Assembly: GCF_056746865.1 (NCBI RefSeq)
Contig: NZ_JBWKMP010000006.1
Direction: 5' to 3' (one strand)
DNA length: 63,119 nt
Origin: a plasmid
Shown: piece by piece, positions 1 through 8,376 of the stretch
How positions within the stretch are numbered: position 1 is the stretch's first letter
Layout: every line of letters begins with the position of its first letter
The notes under the pieces: model-generated
The model's database searches: none
Seen by the model: only the letters and a program-made list of their open reading frames with translations
What the model was told of the DNA's origin: nothing
Program-made: the position numbers and the translations under genes

Positions 1-2
1 CC

Positions 3-170
3 GGACTGTCCGGTGCCGCACGGGACGCAGAGAAGATGAAGAAAGGCGATGCGGCTGAACATGCAGAGTTCCATATGAAAGACAACCGCTGGGTGCCTGG
101 CTGGATGTGTGCACCACGTCCACAGACGGATGCCACTGAACGCACCGATAACCTGGCTGATGCCGCCTGA
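3..170 (+). CDS. 3-prime end of an upstream leading-region gene, truncated by the window edge; product unknown
   Basis: Open frame from the window edge to TGA at 168-170, immediately upstream of psiB; no motif recognised. Confidence 0.3.
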   Translation, partial: GLSGAARDAEKMKKGDAAEHAEFHMKDNRWVPGWMCAPRPQTDATERTDNLADAA

Positions 171-222
171 TGAACAACCACACCGCCCCGCCGGAGACGG
201 GGCGGCAGAGGGAGATACCGTG

Positions 223-657
223 ATGAAAACTGAACTGACACTGAATGCCCTGCAGTCCATGAACGCACAGGAATATGAAGATATCCGTGCTGCGGGAAGC
301 GATATGCGCCGTAATCTCACTCACGAGGTGATGCGTGAAGTGGACGCACCGGCTAACTGGATGATGAACGGAGAGTATGGCAGTGAGTTCGGGGGCTTTT
401 TCCCCGTCCAGGTTCGTTTCACGCCAGCCCACGAACGTTTCCACCTGGCATTATGTTCGCCGGGAGACGTCTCTCAGCTCTGGATGCTGGTTCTGGTGAA
501 TGGTGGTGGACAGCCTTTCGCCGTCGTTCAGGTGCAACATATCTTCACGCCTGTCGCGATCAGTCACACGCTGGCGCTTGCCGCGACACTGGATGCGCAG
601 GGATACAGTGTTAACGACATCATCCATATCCTGATGGCAGAAGGAGGTCAGGCATGA
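223..657 (+). CDS. psiB: PsiB, plasmid SOS-inhibition protein B
   Basis: 144-aa product [25 protein letters not shown]... matches PsiB as recalled; GAGGGA Shine-Dalgarno upstream of ATG 223; the ORF-track start at 109 is an upstream extension. Confidence 0.9.
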   Translation: MKTELTLNALQSMNAQEYEDIRAAGSDMRRNLTHEVMREVDAPANWMMNGEYGSEFGGFFPVQVRFTPAHERFHLALCSPGDVSQLWMLVLVNGGGQPFAVVQVQHIFTPVAISHTLALAATLDAQGYSVNDIIHILMAEGGQA

Positions 658-1373
658 GCGCACGTTCACGGGCACTGATCCCCCTCAGCGCAGAACAACA
701 GGCCGCCATGCAGGCGGTGGCTGTCACAGAACAACGTCGTCGTCAGGGACGCACACTTTCAGCATGGCCTTATGCCACCGCTTTCTTTCGCTGCCTGAAT
801 GGCAGTCGCCGGATTTCGCTGACCGATCTCCGCTTTTTTGCCCCTGCGCTGACGAAGGAGGAATTTCATGGCAACCGTCTCCTGTGGCTGGCTGCCGTGG
901 ATAAACTGATTGAAAGTTTTGGGGAAGTCTGTGTTCTTCCCCTGCCATCCGATGCGGGGCACCGTCTGTTCCCGTCCGTGCCTTTTCGTGAAGGTGAGCG
1001 TCGTCGTCAGAAAACCACGCTGACAGAGCAGAAATACAGCCGCCAGCGGGAACGTGAGGCAGAACGACGGGAACTGGAATACCAGACATGTTTTGCTCAG
1101 GCGCAGATTGACCTTGCGTTTCATACTCCCGCCACGGTCGGAAGCTGGTTGTCCCGCTGGTCTGGTGTTGTTGAGGAGCATGATCTGGAAACGATTTTCT
1201 GGGGGTGGTGCGGGCGTTTTCCATCACTGTCATCATTTGACCGGTTTTTCTGGCAGGAGGAACCACTCTGGCGGCTGATTTTTGAAGCCGGTGAGGCCGG
1301 TCGTGGTGCACCGGTACAGGTACGTGCACTTGAGCAGTGGATGATCCCGAACAAGCTGGAGAACGTAATATGA
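654..1373 (+). CDS. psiA: PsiA, plasmid SOS-inhibition protein A
   Basis: 239-aa ORF overlapping the psiB stop (ATGA); psiB-psiA pairing typical of F/IncI leading regions. Confidence 0.85.
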   Translation: MSARSRALIPLSAEQQAAMQAVAVTEQRRRQGRTLSAWPYATAFFRCLNGSRRISLTDLRFFAPALTKEEFHGNRLLWLAAVDKLIESFGEVCVLPLPSDAGHRLFPSVPFREGERRRQKTTLTEQKYSRQREREAERRELEYQTCFAQAQIDLAFHTPATVGSWLSRWSGVVEEHDLETIFWGWCGRFPSLSSFDRFFWQEEPLWRLIFEAGEAGRGAPVQVRALEQWMIPNKLENVI

Positions 1374-1966
1374 TGAAATCAGACGAAAAATACCAGGTTC
1401 CCGCGTGGATGCGACCTCTGTTGCCGTTGCTCTGCAACACCGGGGGGAACGATCCGGAAGAACTGCTGAATGATACAGAAACCACTGCCAGTGCGAATGT
1501 TGTCCGTTATGTACTGATAGTTGCTGTGCGGTCGCAGGTTGATCTGCTGCAGCTTCTGTACAGGAAAGGGCTGTTGCGCACAGAGATACCAGGTGGCTTT
1601 TCACCGGAAGAAGCGCAGGCACTCCTGGATAATCTGGTGCGCAGCCATATCAGCAAGGCGCTGTCGGGCGAGCGAATGGCAGCCCGTGACAGAAATGCCG
1701 ATCTGGCCTGGATTGGACAGCAACTGGTCGATGCCGCCTGGTTTGTCCGTGCCACACTGGAAGCGCATGGGATGAGCGTCGGAAATGAGAGTCCCCCTGC
1801 TCCGCCGGAGACAATGCCGGACATACAGACACGGGAACTGGTGATGTTGATCAAGCGACTGGCATCATCGCTGAAAGCGGTGAAACCGGACAGTTGTGTG
1901 GTGCGTGAAGCGCAGGACTGGCTGCGCGACAGAAAACTTGTGGATATCACAGATATTCTCCGGTGA
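1370..1966 (+). CDS. hypothetical leading-region protein downstream of psiA
   Basis: 198-aa ORF from ATG 1370 overlapping the psiA stop; same strand as the other leading-region genes; no motif recognised. Confidence 0.55.
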   Translation: MMKSDEKYQVPAWMRPLLPLLCNTGGNDPEELLNDTETTASANVVRYVLIVAVRSQVDLLQLLYRKGLLRTEIPGGFSPEEAQALLDNLVRSHISKALSGERMAARDRNADLAWIGQQLVDAAWFVRATLEAHGMSVGNESPPAPPETMPDIQTRELVMLIKRLASSLKAVKPDSCVVREAQDWLRDRKLVDITDILR

Positions 1967-1989
1967 ACCAGGCATGTATATTTTACGCA

Positions 1990-2420
1990 GGGACACGCCG
2001 ATCATGATCGTTTCATATCAGGGGTGGTCTGGAGGTCATGCGGCGTGTCCTCTGCACTCGCCGGAATAAGGAAGTCGCCGGCGGCTCCGCTTTTACCCGG
2101 CCATGCGGGGCATGGCCTTGTGGGTTTTCAGCTCTGTGGCCTCAGCGTCGTGTGCGGGCTGTGCCGTGCCTCCATCTTAGCCGGGCTGGCAGGGATGCAA
2201 GGGTACGCTTCGCCGCTGCGGTCACCCGGTCCCTCCTTCCCGTCTGCCGTGATTTTCCGGTCGTTCACCCGCTCAGATTTCGCGGTCTCACCCTCCAACT
2301 CCCGCCAGCCGTGTGCGTCAGGCTGCGGCTTCCCTTGCGCCCCTGCATCCCCGCCTTATCGCCCGGCTTTTATGGAGGCACGGCACCGCCCGGTGTCGCA
2401 GAACATGTGACTATGGAGGA
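1990..2420 (+). promoter_or_regulatory. GC-rich structured intergenic region upstream of ardA; possible single-strand promoter
   Basis: ~430 bp with no convincing ORF, high GC and many short inverted repeats, directly 5-prime of ardA; its sequence differs from the two Frpo-like copies. Confidence 0.25.
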
Positions 2421-2427
2421 TTCGGGA

Positions 2428-2928
2428 ATGTCTGTTGTTGCACCTGCTGTATACGTTGGAACCTGGCACAAATACAACTGTGGAAGCATCGCCGGACGCT
2501 GGTTTGACCTGACCACGTTTGATGATGAGCGCGACTTTTTCGCCGCCTGCCGTGCTCTTCACCAGGATGAAGCCGATCCTGAACTGATGTTTCAGGATTA
2601 TGAGGGATTCCCGGGGAATATGGCCTCTGAATGCCATATCAACTGGGCCTGGGTTGAAGGCTTCCGCCAGGCACGGGATGAAGGCTGCGAAGAGGCTTAT
2701 CGTCTCTGGGTGGATGATACCGGTGAGACGGATTTTGACACCTTCCGCGATGCCTGGTGGGGCGAGGCTGACAGTGAGGAGGCTTTTGCGGTTGAGTTCG
2801 TCAGTGATACCGGCCTGCTGGCTGACGTGCCGGAGACGGTGGCGCTCTATTTTGACTATGAGGCGTATGCGCGGGATTTATTCCTGGACTCCTTCACCTT
2901 TATTGACGGTCATGTGTTCCGTCGGTGA
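2428..2928 (+). CDS. ardA: ArdA antirestriction protein (anti type I restriction-modification)
   Basis: 166-aa acidic product [62 protein letters not shown]... matches ArdA as recalled; GGAGGA Shine-Dalgarno before ATG 2428. Confidence 0.92.
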   Translation: MSVVAPAVYVGTWHKYNCGSIAGRWFDLTTFDDERDFFAACRALHQDEADPELMFQDYEGFPGNMASECHINWAWVEGFRQARDEGCEEAYRLWVDDTGETDFDTFRDAWWGEADSEEAFAVEFVSDTGLLADVPETVALYFDYEAYARDLFLDSFTFIDGHVFRR

Positions 2929-3294
2929 TTTACTCCCCCGCTCCGGCGGGGGTATGGCCTGCCAGGCCGCCGGAAAACCCTGGCAGGCTTACGCCTGCCT
3001 GAAATGCAGGAGGGCCGCGCCTGCGGCGCTGCCCTTCCTGCCCGTCATGGTGTGAGGCATTTTTCTGTTATGTCGTTTCTGTTGTTCTGATTTCCGGAGG
3101 CGGGGACACCTTCGGCTCCCGGCTGCCTGGCGGCATCCGGTCGTCAGGCCCGACTCCGACAGGCAGCTGCTGGCGCACCCGCCAGTCTCCGCCGAACCCG
3201 CTGGCGCGGTTTCGGGCTGCCGCTACGGTCCGATGTCTGAAAAACCAGGCTTGCAGCGACCGTTCCGGTCGCGCCGCCCCTGTCGCGCCGGAAA

Positions 3295-3640
3295 CGGCGC
3301 TCCCTGCACACCTGACGGTGTGTAAGGCCACTGCGCCTGATGGCGCAGTCAACCCTTCCGCCGCCACCCCTGCGGCCTGTTTCCCGCTGTGGACTTTCCG
3401 GGGGCTGGAGTAACCACATCCCGTTTCAGCAGTCCAGGGGAAGATATACCGTCCACAAAATTTTTAGCCATAAACCCGGCAAAAAATTTTGCGTCCGCCC
3501 CGGACAGCTGCCCCGTGACGTGGTGACGGACGCCCCATCGGAAAGGTCCACTGCGGGGAGAAACCCCGAAGAAGTGGACGGCAGAAGGGGCTTTCGCCCC
3601 TCCGGGGAGCAACCGGTCGGCCCGGCGACCTGATTCAGCA
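3295..3640 (+). repeat. Frpo/ssi-like element, copy 1 (candidate single-stranded-DNA promoter)
   Basis: ~345-bp GC-rich non-coding block, about 80 percent identical over its length to 6172-6520 and beginning with the shared core CGGCGCTCCCTGCACACCT...GTGTAAGGCCACTGCGCCTGATGGCGCAG; ends just before ORF 3656. Confidence 0.5.
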
Positions 3641-3655
3641 GAAGGAGACGTTTTC

Positions 3656-4090
3656 ATGACAGTCAGCAGCACGATTTCCGTTTTTTGCCGCGACGGGGTG
3701 TTCCGTACCGTTTACTGCCACCTGCACGGTGAGCCGACCTGGAACGGTCGCATCCTGCATACCCACTATGCCACCGGTCAGCAGGCCGAAGCCCTGGTTG
3801 AACACGGTGATATCCGTTGCCTCGGTCCCCGTTGCGACAAACCCGCCGGGCATACGCTTCAGAACCCGGTGGACGGTGTGACGGCTTATTACGGACGTGA
3901 CAGTGGTTTCCGGATGGACAGTGAGGCGCGTGAGTACCGTTCTTTCAGGGAGGCTATTGCCACTGAAAGCACTGAAGAGGTGCGCTTCCATTATGTGTTC
4001 ATCGACGGCTACTGGAAGGTGATGTACCGCACGCCGGAAGGCTGGAAGATGAAAGCGCTCGCGCTGGCACTGCGTCGCTGTCCGGAATGA
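3656..4090 (+). CDS. hypothetical Cys/His-containing leading-region protein
   Basis: 144-aa ORF with AGGAGA Shine-Dalgarno, immediately downstream of Frpo-like copy 1; terminator follows. Confidence 0.7.
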   Translation: MTVSSTISVFCRDGVFRTVYCHLHGEPTWNGRILHTHYATGQQAEALVEHGDIRCLGPRCDKPAGHTLQNPVDGVTAYYGRDSGFRMDSEAREYRSFREAIATESTEEVRFHYVFIDGYWKVMYRTPEGWKMKALALALRRCPE

Positions 4091-4120
4091 AAAAAAGCAG
4101 GGCGATAAACCCTGCCTTTC
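4091..4120 (+). terminator. rho-independent terminator
   Basis: Stem GCAGGG / CCCTGC (4097-4115) followed by CTTTC. Confidence 0.5.
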
Positions 4121-4182
4121 TCCGCTGGCGCTTCCCCGTACGGAAGTCCGGCATCTCATTCACTAACTATGGAGATTATGCC

Positions 4183-4449
4183 ATGAGACCATCAATTATC
4201 TTCGCAACCGCCGAGTATGTAAAGCGTCTGCGTGAAGAGTGCCTGCGGGAGAATAAACCCCTGCACCGCCATACCCGCTTCAGACGTCAGGAGCTGGCAC
4301 AGGATGAGATTAACCCGGACGTCCTGGCGATGAGCGGCCATATCGCCAGACGCTGCAGTGAGCAGAAGCGGGTGCGTATCCCCGCCATGAAAGTCAGCGA
4401 ATGGGGCCACCTGCTCCGCGCGCTTGAAATTGAGCGGGTCTGCCACTGA
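4183..4449 (+). CDS. hypothetical small leading-region protein
   Basis: 88-aa ORF from ATG 4183 with GGAG 8 nt upstream; the ORF-track start at 4087 is an upstream extension. Confidence 0.55.
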   Translation: MRPSIIFATAEYVKRLREECLRENKPLHRHTRFRRQELAQDEINPDVLAMSGHIARRCSEQKRVRIPAMKVSEWGHLLRALEIERVCH

Positions 4450-4513
4450 TTAACCCTTGCCGTCTGCCTGTGCAGGCGGCAGGATACGTTCAGACATCTC
4501 ACCAGGAGGAACC

Positions 4514-5428
4514 GTGAGTAAGAAGAAAAACACCACAACGCCCACGCCGCATGATGCCGCGTTCCGGTCGTTCCTGGCGAATCCCGACGTCGCCAGAGAT
4601 TTTCTGGAACTGCATCTTCCGGCGGAGTACCGGCAGTTGTGCGACCTGTCCACGCTGAAGCTGGAACCCGCCACCTTTGTTGAGCCGGACCTGCATCAGT
4701 ACGCCAGCGATATCCTCTGGAGCGTGAAAACCACCGGGGGTGAAGATGGCTATGTTTATACGCTCATCGAGCACCAGAGCACCGAAAATCTGTACATGCC
4801 TTTCCGCATGTTACGTTACAGTGTGGCGGCGATGCAGAGACATCTGGAGCAGCACAAAACGTTGCCACTGGTGATTCCTGTACTGTTCTATCATGGTGAG
4901 CGCAGCCCGTACCCGTACAGCATGAACTGGCTGGACTGTTTTGAGAATCCGGCACTTGCGGCTAAAATATACACAAAGCCGTTTCCGCTGGTTGATATCA
5001 CTGTCGTTGATGACAATGAAATCATGAACCATCGCCGGATGGCCGCACTGACGCTGCTGATGAAGCATATCCGCCATCGTGACATGATGGAGCTGCTGGA
5101 CAAACTCCCGCAGGTCATGGTGGAAATTTCAGACGAGCAGGTGCGTGTTCTGATTCATTACATCGTTAACGCAGGGGACTCTGTATCACCGGAATTTATG
5201 CGGGCGCTGGCTGAGCGTCTGCCGCAGCATGAGGATAAACTGATGACTATCGCAGAACGTCTTGAGCAAAAAGGTCGCCAGGAAGGCAGGATGGAAGGAC
5301 GCATGGAAGGAGCGCTTGAAAAAGCCCTGGCTATTGCGTGCCAGCTTCAGAAAATGGGGATGACGCCGGAGCAGATTAAGCAGGCTACCGGACTTTCCGA
5401 TGACGAACTGAAGAAAATCACTCACTGA
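4514..5428 (+). CDS. Rpn family recombination-promoting nuclease (YhgA-like, PD-(D/E)XK)
   Basis: Product ...PTPHDAAFRSFLANPDVARDFLELHLP...YTLIEHQSTENLYMPFRMLRY...PLVIPVLFYHGERSPYP... closely resembles E. coli YhgA/Rpn proteins as recalled; AGGAGGA Shine-Dalgarno before GTG 4514. Confidence 0.85.
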   Translation: MSKKKNTTTPTPHDAAFRSFLANPDVARDFLELHLPAEYRQLCDLSTLKLEPATFVEPDLHQYASDILWSVKTTGGEDGYVYTLIEHQSTENLYMPFRMLRYSVAAMQRHLEQHKTLPLVIPVLFYHGERSPYPYSMNWLDCFENPALAAKIYTKPFPLVDITVVDDNEIMNHRRMAALTLLMKHIRHRDMMELLDKLPQVMVEISDEQVRVLIHYIVNAGDSVSPEFMRALAERLPQHEDKLMTIAERLEQKGRQEGRMEGRMEGALEKALAIACQLQKMGMTPEQIKQATGLSDDELKKITH

Positions 5429-5440
5429 TGAGAACCACAA

Positions 5441-5467
5441 AGCCCGGCAAAATGCCGGGCTTTTTTG
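5441..5467 (+). terminator. rho-independent terminator after rpn
   Basis: AGCCCGGCA-AAAT-GCCGGGCT stem-loop followed by TTTTTT. Confidence 0.6.
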
Positions 5468-5490
5468 TCAGCAGGAGCAGAGCAAACAGC

Positions 5491-5673
5491 ATGACGATTG
5501 CAGAACGTCTTATACAGAAAGGTTTCGACGAGGGTTTTAAACAAGGGGCTCTTGAAGTGGCGCGGGAAATAGCCTGCCGGCTTCGGGATATAGGCTGGCC
5601 GCCGGAACGGATTCAGGAGGTCACGGGACTTTCCGGTGAAGAACTGAAAAAGCTGTTTCCTGATGAGCAGTAG
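5491..5673 (+). CDS. small stand-alone paralogue of the Rpn C-terminal domain (RpnS-like)
   Basis: 60-aa ORF MTIAERLIQKGFDEGFKQGALEVAREIACRLRDIGWPPERIQEVTGLSGEELKK... with AGGAGCAG Shine-Dalgarno; aligns with the last ~60 aa of the upstream Rpn (MTIAERLEQKG...TGLSDDELKK). Confidence 0.6.
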   Translation: MTIAERLIQKGFDEGFKQGALEVAREIACRLRDIGWPPERIQEVTGLSGEELKKLFPDEQ

Positions 5674-5703
5674 CCTGGCATTCAGCCAGGCTGTGAATCA
5701 CGC

Positions 5704-5955
5704 TCACACATCCTCTGCCGTTTCCCCCAGTTCATTTTCCAGTCGCCTGATGATATCTGCCTTACGCATCCCCTGCATGTGAGGCAGCAGGTCACGGACT
5801 GAAAGTGCCTGGGTGGTCCTCCAGACGGTGACGTCCACCTGTTCCGCATTTTCCCAGGCGTGCCATGTTCTCTGCGTCACGCCAAATTCTCTGGCCGCTT
5901 TTTCGCGTGACCAGAGCATGCTTTTTCGCCAGATTCGCAGTTCCCAGCCGGTCAT
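5704..5955 (-). CDS. small helix-turn-helix DNA-binding regulator (XRE/Cro-like)
   Basis: 83-aa ORF with an HTH-like segment SREKAAREFGVTQRTWHAWE; AAGGTG Shine-Dalgarno; divergent from Frpo-like copy 2. Confidence 0.6.
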   Translation of the reverse strand: MTGWELRIWRKSMLWSREKAAREFGVTQRTWHAWENAEQVDVTVWRTTQALSVRDLLPHMQGMRKADIIRRLENELGETAEDV

Positions 5956-5966
5956 AAAACACCTTT

Positions 5967-6060
5967 GAAAAAGTGAAAAAACTTCACTTTATTTTATCAT
6001 CACAATTGCCAAATCAGCGCGATAAATAAGTGTAAAAAAGTGAAGAAATTTCACTTTTTT
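5967..6060. promoter_or_regulatory. two AGTGAA-N-TTCACT palindromes (candidate operators) in the promoter region of the HTH gene
   Basis: AAAGTGAAAAAACTTCACTTT (5969-5990) and AAAAAGTGAAGAAATTTCACTTTTT (6035-6060), AT-rich, directly upstream of the - strand HTH gene. Confidence 0.4.
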
Positions 6061-6171
6061 TGCTTGTAAATGTCGTGCGGTTTTCTCTGTTTTCACCTGT
6101 GCGGGAGTGGTGTGCCAGTGACCACCACATGCCATTGTTGTGCCGTCGTTTTTCTTCAGTCGCGCCGTATG

Positions 6172-6520
6172 CGGCGCTCCCTGCACACCTTACGGTGTGT
6201 AAGGCCACTGCGCCTGATGGCGCAGCTGTCTCTGCCTGTCTGCCGCCGCACTGCGGCCTGTTCTCCGCAGACGGACTTTCCGGGGGTACATACATGACCA
6301 CATCCCGTTTCAGTCGTCCAGGGGGGAGATGTACCAGCCACAAAACTTTTTGCCGCAGGCGTCAAAAACTTTTGCGTCTGCCCCCGGACAACTGCCCCGT
6401 GACGTGGTGAGCGTCCCCCGTCGGAAAGGTCCACTGCGGGGAAATCCCCGAAGACCCGGACGGCAGAAGGAGCTTCGCTCCTCCGGGAAATGACCTGGCT
6501 GTCCCGGCAGTCGTGACGAT
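6172..6520 (+). repeat. Frpo/ssi-like element, copy 2 (candidate single-stranded-DNA promoter)
   Basis: Homologous to 3295-3640 (same 5-prime core and shared downstream blocks such as CTGCCCCGTGACGTGGTGA and GGAAAGGTCCACTGCGGGGA); ends at the Shine-Dalgarno of ORF 6535. Confidence 0.5.
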
Positions 6521-6534
6521 GAGGAGACAATGTG

Positions 6535-7383
6535 ATGAATCAGACTTTACCCACTGCTGACCTGAATACTGCCGGCACGACAGATGTTATTCCGTCTGTG
6601 GCTATCGACCGCATCATCGCGCAGCGTAACGAAGGTATTGCACTGTTCATGCAGGCGATGGAATGCCTGGCGACAGCGCGCAAGATTCTGCTCGATGCGT
6701 CAGGTGATATTTTTCTTTACGGGTTTGAAGACTGCGTGACTGATTCCGTTCGTCGCATAGATAAACCGGAAGAAGCGAAAAGGAATATCACCCGTCTTGC
6801 CGACCGGAAAATCTGGGACCGCCTGATGACAGATACGGGCATGTACACCTTCATGAGTTCATGCCAGCGTGATGAGTGGAACAGCCAGCTGATGAGCGAC
6901 ACCTGTCCTGAAATCACCCTGGACAATGTACTGGCAACATTCCGCCATCTGAATGCCTGCAAGATGCAGACATTTGAACAGGGACTGATTGATGTCTACC
7001 GGAAATTGTCATGGGATTACAGAACCAATAATCCCTGCCGTCTGGGTAAGAAAATCATTATTGAAAACCTGCTGTACCGCTGGAGTAACGGGCGTGTGAC
7101 GCTGGACTGCAGCGGACGGGAGGCACTGGATGACCTGGTACGTCCGTTTTATCTGCTGGAGGGGCGCAACGTTCCTGACTTCAGGAACAGTATCGGGGCG
7201 CAGTATGGTGAATTTCTCGGGAACGGCGACAATGTCGGTAAGCTGTTAGAAGGGGAATATTTTACGGTGCGTGGCTACCAGAAAGGGACCGTACACATTG
7301 TCTTTAAGCGTTCTGACCTTGTTGAAAAACTGAATGATATTATTGCACGGCATTATCCAGGTGCATTGCCGCCACGAGTCTGA
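6535..7383 (+). CDS. hypothetical leading-region protein (family guess: DUF4942-like)
   Basis: ~282-aa ORF with GAGGAGA Shine-Dalgarno, directly downstream of Frpo-like copy 2; the family assignment is from memory only. Confidence 0.7.
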   Translation: MNQTLPTADLNTAGTTDVIPSVAIDRIIAQRNEGIALFMQAMECLATARKILLDASGDIFLYGFEDCVTDSVRRIDKPEEAKRNITRLADRKIWDRLMTDTGMYTFMSSCQRDEWNSQLMSDTCPEITLDNVLATFRHLNACKMQTFEQGLIDVYRKLSWDYRTNNPCRLGKKIIIENLLYRWSNGRVTLDCSGREALDDLVRPFYLLEGRNVPDFRNSIGAQYGEFLGNGDNVGKLLEGEYFTVRGYQKGTVHIVFKRSDLVEKLNDIIARHYPGALPPRV

Positions 7384-7394
7384 TTAAACAGAAA

Positions 7395-7427
7395 AGCCCT
7401 GGTATTTATGCCGGGGCTTTTTTTTCT
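7395..7427. terminator. bidirectional rho-independent terminator
   Basis: AGCCCTGG...CCGGGGCT hairpin preceded by an A-run and followed by T8; sits between convergent ORFs. Confidence 0.5.
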
Positions 7428-7468
7428 GTAATCATCATAATCTCAGAACACAATGTGACATTGTCACA

Positions 7469-7804
7469 TCAATTGTTGTTCATATCGATGCCATCTTTCC
7501 TGCCTGAATCTGTCTTTTTAGGTGCTGTTTTAGAGGAAGAACGGCGGGATGGTTTTTTCGATTCTGCTTCCCGAATAATGTCACGAAGTGCCTTCTCTCC
7601 TACTTCATACCCTGCATTTTTGAGCGTGTCACGAACATCTGCCAGTGTATAACCCTTTGTCCTTACCAGGACAATAATGTCATCACGAATGGCATCAAGA
7701 AAATCACGCAATGTTTTCCGTTGAGCGGTGAGATCTGGCAATTCCGATAAAGCAGCTTTTGCCAGCTGGATGTCATCATCTGAGTAAAATTTTTTAGAAG
7801 CCAT
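7469..7804 (-). CDS. hypothetical protein with a basic Ser/Lys-rich C-terminal tail
   Basis: 111-aa ORF from ATG (7804) with GGAGA upstream; lies between the leading region and oriT. Confidence 0.5.
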   Translation of the reverse strand: MASKKFYSDDDIQLAKAALSELPDLTAQRKTLRDFLDAIRDDIIVLVRTKGYTLADVRDTLKNAGYEVGEKALRDIIREAESKKPSRRSSSKTAPKKTDSGRKDGIDMNNN

Positions 7805-7859
7805 TGGCACTTTCTCTCCGTTTCATGTTGAAGCCTGATTTTATCATCAAAAACTGACT

Positions 7860-8030
7860 CCTGGCAGGGCTGCGCCCTGCCTCTGCCGTCTGCATAAGAC
7901 TATGATGCACAAAAATAACAGGCTATAATGGCCAAAATCGGGGCAGGATGTGGGAATGTCGGACCGCGCACGCTCGCTCAGACATTCCCCACCTGGTCAG
8001 GGCTGCGCCCCGACACCCCGTAAGGAGCTG
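7860..8030. other. oriT: oriT region (origin of transfer), candidate nic site
   Basis: Directly upstream of nikA; inverted repeat GGCAGGGCTGCGCCCTGCC (7863-7881); 9-bp inverted repeat GGGAATGTC...GACATTCCC (7952-7989); IncP-like ATCCTG motif on the - strand at 7944-7949; second GGTCAGGGCTGCGCCCCGAC copy at 7995-8014. Confidence 0.55.
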
Positions 8031-8032
8031 AA

Positions 8033-8366
8033 GTGAGTGATAGTGCGGAAAAGAAAGAAAAGTGAGGTACGGCAAAAGACAGTTGTCAGGACACTCAGAT
8101 TCTCGGAGGATGAGGATGAAATCATAAGGAAAAAAGCTGAAGATTCCGGACTTACTGTATCTGCTTACATCCGAAATGCAGCACTGAATAAGCGAATTAA
8201 CTCCCGTACAGATGATGCTTTTCTGAAGGAGTTAATGAGACTGGGAAGGATGCAGAAGCATCTGTTTGTTCAGGGAAAAAGAACCGGTGACAAGGAATAC
8301 GCAGAAGTGCTTGTTGCCATAACCGAACTTACAAATACATTGCGTAAACAGTTAATGGAAGGTTGA
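8033..8366 (+). CDS. nikA: NikA relaxosome accessory protein (ribbon-helix-helix); start ambiguous
   Basis: Product ...KKSEVRQKTVVRTLRFSEDEDEIIRKKAEDSGLTVSAYIRNAALNKR... matches NikA as recalled; best Shine-Dalgarno (AAGGAG) serves GTG 8033, but that frame stops after 10 codons and the long frame starts at GTG 8037, implying a 1-nt indel in the GAAAAGAAAGAAAAG run. Confidence 0.8.
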
Positions 8367-8376
8367 GGATTCTCCT

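Noticed and set aside
724-1485. 253-aa - strand ORF overlapping psiA (and similar antisense ORFs at 759-1181, 1121-1354, 1233-1622)
   Set aside because: These lie entirely antisense to the well-supported psiB/psiA genes and have no ribosome-binding site; shadow ORFs in GC-rich coding sequence
2038-2427. N-terminal extension of the ardA frame (ORF-track start at 2038) and overlapping 2024-2410 ORF
   Set aside because: The extension is Arg/Cys/Pro-rich low-complexity translation of the GC-rich structured region; the real ardA start is ATG 2428 with a GGAGGA Shine-Dalgarno
5428-5490. ORF-track start at 5428 for the RpnS-like ORF
   Set aside because: It would begin inside the rpn terminator; the ATG at 5491 has a proper Shine-Dalgarno and matches the domain boundary
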